Shown here: positions 8,902-18,620 of the stretch, in pieces
Layout: the number at the start of each line of letters is the position of its first letter
How positions within the stretch are numbered: position 1 is the stretch's first letter
From: a virus
Lineage: Duplodnaviria; Caudoviricetes
Reading direction: 5' to 3' (one strand)
Length of the DNA stretch: 45,733 bases
Virus record (IMG/VR): IMGVR_UViG_3300032227_000101
Location: 1 to 45,733 of that record
Notes under the pieces: generated by a model
Databases searched by the model: none
What the model was told of the DNA's origin: nothing
Seen by the model: the letters and a program-made list of their open reading frames with translations, nothing else
Program-made: the position numbers and the translations under genes

Positions 8902-9884
8902 GCGTCAACCATTTCGTTAGAAGGCTCATCAATGTCTTGCGGAAGAAAACCAATCAACTCAAATGGCAATCTGCCAGTGTTGTTGTAGTGTTCGATCACA
9001 CTAATAATGGCCTTCTTCTTCTCTTCAAGAGTTGTAATCATGTTCATTCTTTTACGAATGAGGTTGTTCTTTGAATCTGGAGTCTTGACATGGCCAACAA
9101 TATATGATTCTGTGCCGTCTTTAGCAAAAGCAGCAATAGCATTCATAATAGTGTCAGGCTCATAACCTTCTAGCGTTGTCCAGCCATACTTATTTCTGAC
9201 AGGATCTAAATTGCCATGAGAGTAGACTTCTAAACCAGCAACATCATTCTTGACCATAGCCGGAGTCCAAGAAATAAACCGACTTGGAGCACCAACATGA
9301 GTAGCTACCTTGTCCGCCAGCTTGTGTGCGCGGTCGGAACGCACCTTACAGGTCTTCTTGATGTAGTTCTTGATAACATCAAAGTCCTTTTTGAGGTCTC
9401 CTCCGTTAACAAGCAATACTACAGCATTGAAGATATCTTTATCATTAGATGACTTAGATGGTGCGTGTGCATTGCTGCCAAGTGCGAGTGTCGTTCTAGC
9501 TAAATTATAGCTTTTAGAATCAAACTCTACAACATCAAACCAATAATGAGTGTATCCAAGTTCTCGCAATGCATTAATACGATTATATCCATCAACAAGT
9601 TGGTAGTGTTTCATCTCACCGTCATCCCACTTCTTTGGGATGGCCATAACTTCTACAATAGGTAAGAAGTCATTGTAGAGAACTCTGTTAGAAAAAGAAT
9701 TTTTTAATTCTTCTACAAGAGTAGAATCCGTACCGCCGTCACGTACATCATTTTCCTTAGAATTTGCAAGAATTTTCTTGAGTTCAATAAACCGACGATC
9801 AATCTTATGAACGCCAGGCATTGCCAAGTTGATATTTTCAACAAAAAATTTGCCAGACTGTTCGTCTACTAACATATTAGCCAT
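8898..9884 (-). CDS. ParB/Srx-like N-terminal domain protein
   Basis: EELKNSF...PIVEV...YQLVDGYNRINALRELG (variant of the GxxRxxA motif); SD AGGAG. Confidence 0.65.
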   Translation of the reverse strand: MANMLVDEQSGKFFVENINLAMPGVHKIDRRFIELKKILANSKENDVRDGGTDSTLVEELKNSFSNRVLYNDFLPIVEVMAIPKKWDDGEMKHYQLVDGYNRINALRELGYTHYWFDVVEFDSKSYNLARTTLALGSNAHAPSKSSNDKDIFNAVVLLVNGGDLKKDFDVIKNYIKKTCKVRSDRAHKLADKVATHVGAPSRFISWTPAMVKNDVAGLEVYSHGNLDPVRNKYGWTTLEGYEPDTIMNAIAAFAKDGTESYIVGHVKTPDSKNNLIRKRMNMITTLEEKKKAIISVIEHYNNTGRLPFELIGFLPQDIDEPSNEMVDA

Positions 9885-9960
9885 AGTTTTCTCCTAGAAT
9901 TTAATGTGTGAAGACTATTATCAAACACACAATTAAGACGCACAATTGCGACTCAATTCA

Positions 9961-11247
9961 TTATCGTCCCACTTGGGACAAATACTTCGCTTTCGTTTCT
10001 TCCCAGTCAAGATAGATCAAATCATCATAGAACAATCTTTCTGTAGAAACTCTGCCCTGTTCTTTCAGAGACTTTATCCGTTTTGCAGCGTACTTCTCTT
10101 TCCAGAGATTATTGAGACCATCATACGAGGTATCAAACGCCTTGTCAAGGTCTTTTTCAGTAATATCACCGCGAAGAAATTCACAGGTGTTATTATACAA
10201 CGGAGAAAAATAGATACCGCGATGATGTTCAGACTTAATTAGGTCTTTCGGAATACCAAGCTTTGAGTATGCAAATGTGTATGACCGATTACGATGGTCA
10301 CGCTTATAAGGTTGACCAGACGGCTTAGTTGCACCATACCACTCAAAGAATTTACGAGTATGGTTCTTTGCAAGCCAGTTAAGAAGCATCTTGATGGTCG
10401 GCTTTGTGCATTCATATGATACAGAACCAGAAGAAAAGCCCATTTTTTTCCAATGCTTCAGATTATCATACTGTGAAAGACCGCCAGCTTTATCTTTACC
10501 GTAAAGCGAAGTTGTGGTCACGCCCGCGAGGACATCACCATACTGTCTTTTCCACTGATACTGAACTTCATCAGAAAGACACAGCAATGCTAGAAGCTTA
10601 CCACCAACATAATTATAGCCAAGCGGCTGCAAAGGCACAATCGTAGAACCAATTGCGGTATAGTTGATCATATGGCCTTGTGTCTTCTTTGCTCTTTCCC
10701 AACCAATGAACTTATCACGCGGCGTAAGATCAAGGAAGTCGGACGAAATACAGATAAGACCGAGATACTTACCGCTCTTATTATCCATAACAAGATAGTT
10801 AAGATTGCGACCAATGTTGGAGTTATTCTTCATGGTTGAAGTGAAGTTGCGAATCATGTTCCATGTTTCAGACAACTCAGCTTCTTTGGTATAGACCAAG
10901 ACAGGTTCAAGGTTCATATAGTCATCAACAGATTCAGGATACCAAACATTATTCTTTGTCTGTTTGATCCATTCGCTCTTATCAAGGTCTTTCATCTGTA
11001 CTTCATCACCAAAGAGAGTCGATACAGTTTGTGTAGGATACTTTTCGTGAATTTCACACCACTTCTGGTATAGAGTGTATTCACCAACAGTCATCTTGCA
11101 AACGTTTGATAGATCGGTAATGATAGCATTACGGACTTCATCATCTGTTACAACAGGAATATCTTCTAAAGGATTAGTGGCTTGCCATGCATCCCACTGA
11201 GCTTCAAGATGCGGGTCGTGCTTTGTATCATCAATTTCTTCTGTCAT
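9961..11247 (-). CDS. DUF4338 / Druantia DruA-like protein (putative GNAT/Mom-related fold)
   Basis: GRNLNYLVMDNKSGKYLGLI...RDKFIGW, PLGYNYVGGKLLA, TTTSLYG, SQYD, HHRGIY. Confidence 0.7.
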   Translation of the reverse strand: MTEEIDDTKHDPHLEAQWDAWQATNPLEDIPVVTDDEVRNAIITDLSNVCKMTVGEYTLYQKWCEIHEKYPTQTVSTLFGDEVQMKDLDKSEWIKQTKNNVWYPESVDDYMNLEPVLVYTKEAELSETWNMIRNFTSTMKNNSNIGRNLNYLVMDNKSGKYLGLICISSDFLDLTPRDKFIGWERAKKTQGHMINYTAIGSTIVPLQPLGYNYVGGKLLALLCLSDEVQYQWKRQYGDVLAGVTTTSLYGKDKAGGLSQYDNLKHWKKMGFSSGSVSYECTKPTIKMLLNWLAKNHTRKFFEWYGATKPSGQPYKRDHRNRSYTFAYSKLGIPKDLIKSEHHRGIYFSPLYNNTCEFLRGDITEKDLDKAFDTSYDGLNNLWKEKYAAKRIKSLKEQGRVSTERLFYDDLIYLDWEETKAKYLSQVGR

Positions 11248-12956
11248 TCTATCCTGCTAAAATTTTTTATCTTAACAAACCGATATGTCTTATCAAACTT
11301 ATCAGCAATGGTATCAGTCTTGTGTGAGATTATAAACGTATTTGTATCGTCTGTCAAGGTCTGAATGATCTTCAGAAACTCATCTGTTCCATTAGCATCA
11401 AGACTTCCATCAAGTATCTCATCCAATATCAGCAGATTGGTATTCACACTGTTCTTCATTTTAGCAATGGAACGCCATGTAAACATGAGGGCCAAATCAA
11501 TGCGTGTCTTCTCACCTTCTGAGAAATTGGCATAAGCAAACTCATCACGGTACCGAGACTTGATGACCTCGTTAAAGTTTTCATCAATGTTGAAGTTAAC
11601 GAAAAAACCCATTCTATCAAGATACTTATTCACAAGCTTATTGATGATAGGAACATACTGCTTGATGATCTTAGTCTTGATGCCGCCATCCTTGAGTAGA
11701 GACATAGCCGTTTCGATCATAGTTCTCTCGCTCAAGCGATACTTCAAAGAACCTTCCATACGATGGATTTCTTGCTCTGCCCTATTCAGGTCGTGTTCAC
11801 TATCCATCACCATCTTATCAGCATTGCGAATCTTATCCATATTGTCTTCAATGTCATTCATCACTGAAACGATATGCATCATTGTCTGCTTGCTAGACTT
11901 GATTTCAGCAGAAATAGAATGTGAACGCTTAGATTTATCTTCAAGATTATTAATCTTTGTGAGAAGATCATCCATATGATTCTTCAAAAGGTCGGCATAC
12001 TTTTGTGCTTCTGCTGCATCGGCATGAAGTTGAGTCTTTCTTCTTTCTCTAAAGTATTCATCAATGTGCTGCTTACAGGTAGGGCATTCATCATGTTCAA
12101 TCAGAAACTCAATCTCTTTGTTACATCTACGAACATTTGTTTCTTGAGTTGTGATTGATACAATAGAATTGGAATAATCATTACGAACATCTGTAAGAGT
12201 AACAACATCTGTCATAAGGTCTTCTTTTTCATCCAAAAGACCTTTTACCCTAACCAGCAAATCTTTCTTTTGTTGAGTAAAATCTGCAAGCTGCTTTTCA
12301 AGTTCAAGCAGTCTATCATCATTGTTTTGACGAAGATTGGCCAGCGTCTTCTCAATATATTCTTTCTTGTCCTGTGCAGACTTGAGAATCATACGGTTCT
12401 TTTCAACGCTTTCTTTGTTCTCCTGCCAACGCTGCTTTACAAGGAGATTCATCACTGAGAAGATTTGAATGTCTAACAAGTCTTCAATGATAGTGCGACG
12501 ATCAGCAGGAGACAACTGCATAAACGGTGTGAATGATGCAGAGCCGAGAATGACAATCTGACAGAAGGACTTCATATTCATCTTGAGGATGAACTTCTCT
12601 AGGTACTCTTGATAGTCTCTAGATGCTGAGTCCTGATTTAGTAGAGAACCATCAACCCAAATCTCAAATAGATTCGGTTTGATACCACGCACGATCTTAT
12701 AATCTTTGCCGTAGGCCTTGAATACAACTTCAACTTTACAGTCTTTGCTGTTCACACTATTGACTAGCATAGGCTTATTGATCTTACGGAACGGCTTACC
12801 AAACAAAACAAAAGTAATCGCGTCAAGAATAGTTGATTTACCGTGACCATTGGAACCAACGATAAGATTAGTTTTAGCACTATTCAATTCTATTTCGGTC
12901 CAACTGTTACCAGTACTAAGCAGATTCCGCCATCTTATTTTCTTGAATATTATCAT
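11244..12956 (-). CDS. gp46: Recombination endonuclease ATPase subunit (Rad50/SbcC-like)
   Basis: GSNGHGKST, CPTC zinc hook, FSEGEK signature, LILDE, ISH. Confidence 0.97.
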   Translation of the reverse strand: MIIFKKIRWRNLLSTGNSWTEIELNSAKTNLIVGSNGHGKSTILDAITFVLFGKPFRKINKPMLVNSVNSKDCKVEVVFKAYGKDYKIVRGIKPNLFEIWVDGSLLNQDSASRDYQEYLEKFILKMNMKSFCQIVILGSASFTPFMQLSPADRRTIIEDLLDIQIFSVMNLLVKQRWQENKESVEKNRMILKSAQDKKEYIEKTLANLRQNNDDRLLELEKQLADFTQQKKDLLVRVKGLLDEKEDLMTDVVTLTDVRNDYSNSIVSITTQETNVRRCNKEIEFLIEHDECPTCKQHIDEYFRERRKTQLHADAAEAQKYADLLKNHMDDLLTKINNLEDKSKRSHSISAEIKSSKQTMMHIVSVMNDIEDNMDKIRNADKMVMDSEHDLNRAEQEIHRMEGSLKYRLSERTMIETAMSLLKDGGIKTKIIKQYVPIINKLVNKYLDRMGFFVNFNIDENFNEVIKSRYRDEFAYANFSEGEKTRIDLALMFTWRSIAKMKNSVNTNLLILDEILDGSLDANGTDEFLKIIQTLTDDTNTFIISHKTDTIADKFDKTYRFVKIKNFSRIE

Positions 12957-13407
12957 GATACTCCAAATAATCTATACATCTTTTGAAAAGATCAACATCT
13001 TCACGTAGGTGGCCCAAAGCAGTGTTACAATTATGACAGAGTAACTTTCTAACTTTACCTGTTTTGTGACTATGATCCACCTTCACTTCTTTACCCGAAA
13101 TCTCAGTAAAGCACAGATAGCATTTACCGCTTTGTTCGGTGAGCATTTTATCAAACTCATCTATTGTAAGACCAAAACGCCTTTTCAATCTCTCTTGCTT
13201 ACGCTCTTCAAACGTATACTTATTCTTTCGCTCAAGATAGATTTGTCTACGATCTTCTTCACTTTTTGATCGGTATTGTTCATTATAGATTTTATTATAA
13301 CAATCATAACACTTAGCTCGGTGTAGATCGGATCCGTTTTTGTTCTTTCTTATGAAGCGAAAGTTATCTAGTGTTTTGGCTTGTTTACAGCAACTACAAG
13401 TTTTCAT
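12916..13407 (-). mobile_element. Endonuclease VII-family (His-Me finger) putative homing endonuclease
   Basis: N-terminal CxxC..CxxC, FGLTIDEFDKMLTEQSGKCYLC, VDHSHKTGKVRKLLCHNCNTALG. Confidence 0.88.
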
Positions 13408-13441
13408 GTGTATCTCCTATCAGTATACACATCTATTTAGT
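13406..13441 (-). promoter_or_regulatory. Late promoter plus start-codon-sequestering hairpin
   Basis: ACTAAATA (13434-13441), then stem ATGTGTAT/ATACACAT enclosing SD AGGAG and overlapping the ATG. Confidence 0.8.
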
Positions 13442-13481
13442 CAAAACGATTTTTCCATCTAATCACTTCAAATGTTATCAT
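13437..13481 (-). pseudogene. Stranded original 5' end of gp46
   Basis: Translates MITFEVIRWKNRFD*, matching the gp46 N-terminus MIIFKKIRWRN. Confidence 0.75.
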
Positions 13482-13656
13482 CTTTTGACTTTATTAAAAT
13501 ACAATCACTGGCAGGGCCAAACGACTGAGGAGTGCGAAAGCTTTTTGTATTTACTCGCTCTTTCTTAAGCTTGGACCGCAACCGTTCGCGTTTCTCAAAT
13601 GACATCTTATCAAATGATTTGAGCTTTTTCTTATTTGTTTTCTTTTTACGGCTCAT
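13468..13656 (-). CDS. Small basic hypothetical protein
   Basis: 62 aa, K/R-rich; ATGA overlap with the upstream ORF. Confidence 0.6.
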   Translation of the reverse strand: MSRKKKTNKKKLKSFDKMSFEKRERLRSKLKKERVNTKSFRTPQSFGPASDCILIKSKDDNI

Positions 13657-14024
13657 TGATTATGGTACTCACTTTGTTCCTTAATGTATTCTTCAGCATC
13701 TTCTTTTGTTTGAAAGTATGCAACATAGTGACCACGATGTTCACCATCAAGCTCTTCTTCCCACACTTCATTGACAGCATCACCGATTCTGACAGCATAT
13801 CGGTCACAATACTCTTCTTCCTGCCAGATAGACTCACCTTCAATTACAGCTTTGAATATACCAACGATTTCAGCAATTGCAATATCAAATTCGACACTAT
13901 CCTTATCGTAGCGGTACCATTCGTTACCATTAGCATCAACCATCGTCAGCTTATTCTGACGACCTGTAAGACGGTTGAATATCTTGTTCACACGCCAGAA
14001 CTTATCACCAATATTATACTTCAT
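13653..14024 (-). CDS. Hypothetical protein
   Basis: 123 aa, coupled to the gp47 stop by ATGA overlap. Confidence 0.7.
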   Translation of the reverse strand: MKYNIGDKFWRVNKIFNRLTGRQNKLTMVDANGNEWYRYDKDSVEFDIAIAEIVGIFKAVIEGESIWQEEEYCDRYAVRIGDAVNEVWEEELDGEHRGHYVAYFQTKEDAEEYIKEQSEYHNQ

Positions 14025-15100
14025 TCTATAGTCTCCAATGAAAGTGCTTCAGAATAAACTTCACGCATATAGTGTTTCATTCTATCACCATCTACAGGCA
14101 AAGTCAACCCTGCAATGTAATTATCTAGAATGGTAAGTGTGTCTTGGGCCTCGTCTACTAGACCATCAACATTGTTGTCAGTAAACGAATTGATATCCTC
14201 TACAATGGAAATATCAGCAGCTTGTTCCTTGTATAGCTTATCTAGCAACATATCAAACGCATATGGATTAGTCTTGTTCACACATACGATCTTGACATAA
14301 CAATCCTTGAACTTGCTGTAGTCAGTTGCATTGATCTTTTCAAGAATGTTAGGATGCTTTACATCATCATAAGCCACCATATGAAAAATGCTAAAAGGAT
14401 TGCGATGAAAAACTGTATCACGCGACTCTGTATCAAAAACAACAAAGCCACGGGGATCATTATAATCAGACCAAATATGCTCACAAAAAGCGCCAATGTA
14501 ATGAATATTGTCCCGATTACTGCGATGATGATAATGACCTGTAAAAACACTATCAAATCGCCTGAAAATCTTACTGTTCCATCCATGATCCGAGAGCATA
14601 CCCTTTTGCATTTCAAAACCATCGAGTTCCAAATGCCCGATACAGACCGGCGCTTTTGATTGTTCAATTGCATCATAACATTCTTTCTCATATTCTTTTG
14701 TGATCCAAGGAAGCAAGAAGAACTCACATCCGTCAATATCTATTGTTGTTGGCCTAGAATAAGTCTTGATATTATCATATCGATTGGCTACAAACTCATC
14801 AAGAGCATTGACACGATATGTATCCTTGAAATACTCATCATGATTACCTGCAATGATATGCACTTCACATATTGCATTGATAAGTTCAAGAAAGTCTTCT
14901 CTTAACCTGGAATGTGTAAGAACGTTAATATACTTCCGACGGTCAACAAGATCGCCAGCGTGAATGATATGCTTAATGCCATTCTTCTTGATAAATGGAA
15001 TGAGAAATTCATCTACGCTCCTCTTGAAATAGTTAAGGAAAACTGGAGAGTCATTTCTAACTCCCCAGTGGGTATCGGTAATGATTAGAACTTTAGCCAT
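14021..15100 (-). CDS. gp47: Recombination endonuclease nuclease subunit (Mre11/SbcD-like)
   Basis: DTHWG, GDLVDRRK, GNHD and GHYH metallophosphoesterase motifs. Confidence 0.97.
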   Translation of the reverse strand: MAKVLIITDTHWGVRNDSPVFLNYFKRSVDEFLIPFIKKNGIKHIIHAGDLVDRRKYINVLTHSRLREDFLELINAICEVHIIAGNHDEYFKDTYRVNALDEFVANRYDNIKTYSRPTTIDIDGCEFFLLPWITKEYEKECYDAIEQSKAPVCIGHLELDGFEMQKGMLSDHGWNSKIFRRFDSVFTGHYHHRSNRDNIHYIGAFCEHIWSDYNDPRGFVVFDTESRDTVFHRNPFSIFHMVAYDDVKHPNILEKINATDYSKFKDCYVKIVCVNKTNPYAFDMLLDKLYKEQAADISIVEDINSFTDNNVDGLVDEAQDTLTILDNYIAGLTLPVDGDRMKHYMREVYSEALSLETIE

Positions 15101-15285
15101 TAAGCGCGTTTCTTCCTTGTATTCGCCATGTAGAGTTCATTATCGTACTTTTTAAGTGCTTTGTCAATAGCCTCTTGTATGGTTACAAGTCTTTGCCTAT
15201 AATTCTGCCGCAAGTGAACGCTTTCTTTTTGGTTCACTAGGTTGTTGATTATATTCTCAATCTGAAATGGAATATCAGGTTTCAT
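15100..15285 (-). CDS. Hypothetical protein
   Basis: Small ORF between gp55 and gp47; SD GAGG precedes MKPDIP. Confidence 0.65.
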   Translation of the reverse strand: MKPDIPFQIENIINNLVNQKESVHLRQNYRQRLVTIQEAIDKALKKYDNELYMANTRKKRA

Positions 15286-15286
15286 T

Positions 15287-15865
15287 TTAGTCCTCATAAA
15301 ATTTCTGTAAGCCTTCTTTCATCTGCTTACGTTTTTGTTTCTTTACTTCTTCCTTCTTCTCAAACTTGTCCATAAACTCATTGATGTTATCATACATTTT
15401 TGTTGGCATGGAAACATCAAGGTCTTCATCAAACACGTTATCGAAGTATCCATTGGTCATATCTCCTGGCGACTGACCATGGATAATTGTATGCTGTAAG
15501 TTCTTATATATGGTGTAGCGGTTCTTTTCTTCTTTTCCTATTCTTCTTAAGAATGCATAATATATGATTTGGGTAAAGTATGCGAATGGATTCATACCAC
15601 GATTTGGATCATAGTCATGGAAATACATAATGCAATTCTCTATGCCATCAGATACCATTTCATCTCTATAGGAATAATTGATAAAGCAAGGCTTCGTTGA
15701 CAACTTTTCTGCTATCTTATAGATGCATTCTCCAATATAGTTAGGAAGTCTAGGCTCTTCAATACCTTTTTCTTTGGCCTGTTCAACTCTCTTTTTATGC
15801 AATAGGATTTCTTCATAAAACTTCTTATTGTCCACATAATGCACTGTAACTTTTTTATTGCTCAT
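15287..15865 (-). CDS. gp55: Late transcription sigma factor
   Basis: HYVDNK, YIGEC..KIA, FINYSYRDEMVSDGIENC, NPFAYFTQIIYYAFLRRI. Confidence 0.97.
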   Translation of the reverse strand: MSNKKVTVHYVDNKKFYEEILLHKKRVEQAKEKGIEEPRLPNYIGECIYKIAEKLSTKPCFINYSYRDEMVSDGIENCIMYFHDYDPNRGMNPFAYFTQIIYYAFLRRIGKEEKNRYTIYKNLQHTIIHGQSPGDMTNGYFDNVFDEDLDVSMPTKMYDNINEFMDKFEKKEEVKKQKRKQMKEGLQKFYED

Positions 15866-15877
15866 TCACTTTTATCC

Positions 15878-15924
15878 TTGACTTTCTATTGACACGGGTG
15901 TATAAAGGCTATGCCTGCTATGAT
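15878..15924 (+). promoter_or_regulatory. Opposite-strand sigma70-like promoter elements
   Basis: TTGACT-17 bp-TATAAA (15878-15906) and extended -10 TGCTATGAT (15916-15924) on the + strand. Confidence 0.45.
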
Positions 15925-15936
15925 ATGAATACCTGG

Positions 15937-16218
15937 TTAGACCTTGGTAAGGTTGTTGAGCTTCTTAATCTGCTTATCAATGACTTCTTTCCTGTTAGGC
16001 CACTTGATCATAGGCTTATCAGCATCCTTCGCCAAGTTCTCCAACAAAGGCATGAATATCTTATGTACAGCAGCCAACCTCTTCTTAAGATCATTTACTT
16101 GTTCCTGAAGAGATGAGTATTCTTCATTAGTTTCAATAATGTTTTCCTCATGAGCAAAGGTAAACCCAAAGTCATTATTATCATCTAGATCGGATAGATA
16201 GTTATTCTTCTCTTTCAT
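15937..16218 (-). CDS. Hypothetical protein
   Basis: 93 aa with DFGFT, a coiled coil and IKWPNR; tightly coupled in the operon. Confidence 0.7.
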   Translation of the reverse strand: MKEKNNYLSDLDDNNDFGFTFAHEENIIETNEEYSSLQEQVNDLKKRLAAVHKIFMPLLENLAKDADKPMIKWPNRKEVIDKQIKKLNNLTKV

Positions 16219-16640
16219 CAGTGTAACTTTCCTTTACCTTTAATCTTATCCATAAAACTTTCTAGTAAGTCTAATCCTTCCTCAGATATAATCTCATCAT
16301 CTTCATCAGTATCGATAGGAGAATCAAAGTCAATACGTTTATTCAGATCATTTTTACCAAAGTATTCAACAGACTGAAAGTAATGATCTATCATACTTTC
16401 ATTCACAACTGACTTGACCAATACCTGATTAGCCGGTATATCAAATGTTTGTTCACCACATAGCTTAGAGAATATCCACTGCATCAGTGATATAGAAAGA
16501 AAACCTGGTTTAGATGATGAGAGATATACGACTTTGCAGGGATTAAATAATCGGTAAAATTGGCCATCGTCGGAGAGTTCATACTCTGATACTATATCTT
16601 CACCTGTAACTAATCTAAAAAACTCAACTTTTTGTTCCAT
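16218..16640 (-). CDS. Sm-like domain protein
   Basis: RLVTGEDIVS...LFNP...LMQW pattern typical of the Sm-like gene after uvsW in T4-like phages. Confidence 0.65.
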   Translation of the reverse strand: MEQKVEFFRLVTGEDIVSEYELSDDGQFYRLFNPCKVVYLSSSKPGFLSISLMQWIFSKLCGEQTFDIPANQVLVKSVVNESMIDHYFQSVEYFGKNDLNKRIDFDSPIDTDEDDEIISEEGLDLLESFMDKIKGKGKLH

Positions 16641-16644
16641 GATA

Positions 16645-18123
16645 TTATCCTTTCAATTCTACTTTGTACACCTTGAAAGCAAACTTTTCTTCGGTATAGA
16701 TTTTAATTCTCTCAGCAAAGTGCTTTAGTGTGTAGTTCTCATGTTTCTTGTATCGCATATCATCTGCAATATCAAAAAGCTGTGCTGAATCTTTTGTTTC
16801 ACTCTTACGTAGTCCACGGCCAATAGACTGTAAGTTTCTTACCCGAGATTTAGATGGGCTAGCAAATATAATGTTGTGAAGATTTCTAATATTGATGCCA
16901 GTGCTAAAAGTACCAAAACTAGCAACAATAATAGCCTGCGTTTCCGATTCAACGATCTTACGAATCTCTTCGCGTATGTCCACATCTGTTTCTCCACTTA
17001 CAAAGAAGACTTTACGGTCAGCACCGAGTTTGTCTGATATGAGCTTATGTAGGATTTTCCCGTGCTTGTCAACGTACTGAAAGAGGACCAGTGTATTCCC
17101 ATCCAAGGATACTGCCAAGTTTGTGATGAAGCGATTTCTAGATTCGTTAAGGACAAGGTATTCTATCTCCTGTTGATATGTAAAATTCTTTGACGCTTGA
17201 CAGATAGACTCACTATGTCTAAGTAGTAAGCACTTGATTTGGAATTCAGCCAAGTGCTTTGCATCCATAAGTTCTTTCGTTGTGATGACTTTGCGAACGG
17301 TTCCAAATAACCCTTCAAGTACAAGCTTATGTGTCTTTGTTCCATCAAGGGTACCAGTAGTTCCAATTCTGTATTTTGCATTTGTCAAATTTTCCATTAT
17401 ACCAACAAGAGACTTGGCCTTAAATAGATGAACCTCATCACCAATCACAAAATCAAATTCAGCAAAGTACTTGCTCGGCATCTGATAAACAGATTGCCAA
17501 GTTGAAATTGTCAGAAACTTGTCGCTAGACTTTTCCTGACCCTGATAGATTTTGTGTACGTTGTCTGATGCGTTCCAACCATTTTTTTCGCTGTAGTCTT
17601 TAAAGTCGCCGTGTAGCTGTTCTACAAGAGAAACAGTCGGCACGATGATAAGCCCTCTCTTCAGACCTCTATATTGCAGAAAACGAGCCAGAAGATAAAT
17701 AATAAGAGACTTACCACTTGCAGTGGGGCTGAGTAATAAACTACGTCGAGTACGTACGGCATGAACGAATGCATCCAACTGATAGTCTCTTGGAGCATGT
17801 TTAGGCCTAAGTCGTTCTACAAATTCATTAGCTTCTACTAATGAGAATTCCTCATCGTAATATTCATTTTCATATTCCCAATCATAGTTGCGTTCTTCAC
17901 AAAACTTCGCAACATAAGGAACCAATCCTCTATAGAGCCGTTTTGATCTAGAATCAAATAACCTAATTTTACCATCCCACAATCTTGCTTTATATTGTGG
18001 AGTAAATTGATATCCTGGCACCTGAAAGGTAAAAGTTTCACGAAGCTCATATGCAATACCCTCATCACAAATGATACTTACATAAGCTTCGTTTATATTT
18101 CTAATGATAATTTTATCGACCAC
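16645..18123 (-). CDS. uvsW: SF2 RNA-DNA/DNA helicase
   Basis: WDGKIRL, PRDYQ, PTASGKS, DEVH, QSIGRGLR. Confidence 0.97.
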   Translation of the reverse strand: MVDKIIIRNINEAYVSIICDEGIAYELRETFTFQVPGYQFTPQYKARLWDGKIRLFDSRSKRLYRGLVPYVAKFCEERNYDWEYENEYYDEEFSLVEANEFVERLRPKHAPRDYQLDAFVHAVRTRRSLLLSPTASGKSLIIYLLARFLQYRGLKRGLIIVPTVSLVEQLHGDFKDYSEKNGWNASDNVHKIYQGQEKSSDKFLTISTWQSVYQMPSKYFAEFDFVIGDEVHLFKAKSLVGIMENLTNAKYRIGTTGTLDGTKTHKLVLEGLFGTVRKVITTKELMDAKHLAEFQIKCLLLRHSESICQASKNFTYQQEIEYLVLNESRNRFITNLAVSLDGNTLVLFQYVDKHGKILHKLISDKLGADRKVFFVSGETDVDIREEIRKIVESETQAIIVASFGTFSTGINIRNLHNIIFASPSKSRVRNLQSIGRGLRKSETKDSAQLFDIADDMRYKKHENYTLKHFAERIKIYTEEKFAFKVYKVELKG

Positions 18124-18562
18124 CTATAAAGCGTTCCCATTCCATATATGATTTGATCTGAAACGTTCTGTTGTTCAATTCTTTAAGAACGGATTTACAG
18201 AAGTCTACAATCTCTTCATGCATAACCTTTTTCAATAGTATGTTATTTAGTTCGGTATCAGAATCGAGATAGTGGCTAAGATCGGCTCTAAGAACCTTCT
18301 TCATCATAGGTTCAAGCCCATACTTCTCAAGGTCTTCTGGATTGTTCAGATCACCTGAGTAATATTCCCACTTAATTCTTCTGCGGCCGTTATATTCACC
18401 ACCTAACTTCTTGACAATTAGATTGTGATGTGACATTATACGCAAATACTTCGCATGAAGCTTAGGTATATTTGCCATAGCTCTTTGAGGTTCAGTCTCA
18501 TCATAGGGTGCATCTTTAACCCACTCTTCCATCAATACATCAATAGTTACTGGTGGTTTCAT
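18113..18562 (-). CDS. uvsY: Recombination mediator protein
   Basis: IPKLHAKY, WEYYSG, RTFQIK...WERF; adjacent to uvsW. Confidence 0.92.
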   Translation of the reverse strand: MKPPVTIDVLMEEWVKDAPYDETEPQRAMANIPKLHAKYLRIMSHHNLIVKKLGGEYNGRRRIKWEYYSGDLNNPEDLEKYGLEPMMKKVLRADLSHYLDSDTELNNILLKKVMHEEIVDFCKSVLKELNNRTFQIKSYMEWERFIGGR

Positions 18563-18588
18563 AACAACTCCATATTAAAATATATTAT

Positions 18589-18617
18589 ATTATAGTGGAA
18601 TTATTGCCGATTGTCAA
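18589..18617 (-). promoter_or_regulatory. Consensus sigma70 promoter driving uvsY-uvsW
   Basis: Perfect TTGACA-17 bp-TATAAT on the minus strand. Confidence 0.85.
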
Positions 18618-18620
18618 GTG

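Noticed and set aside
12916-13481. Group I intron in gp46
   Set aside because: Too little non-coding sequence for a ribozyme core, and gp46 has its own complete start downstream
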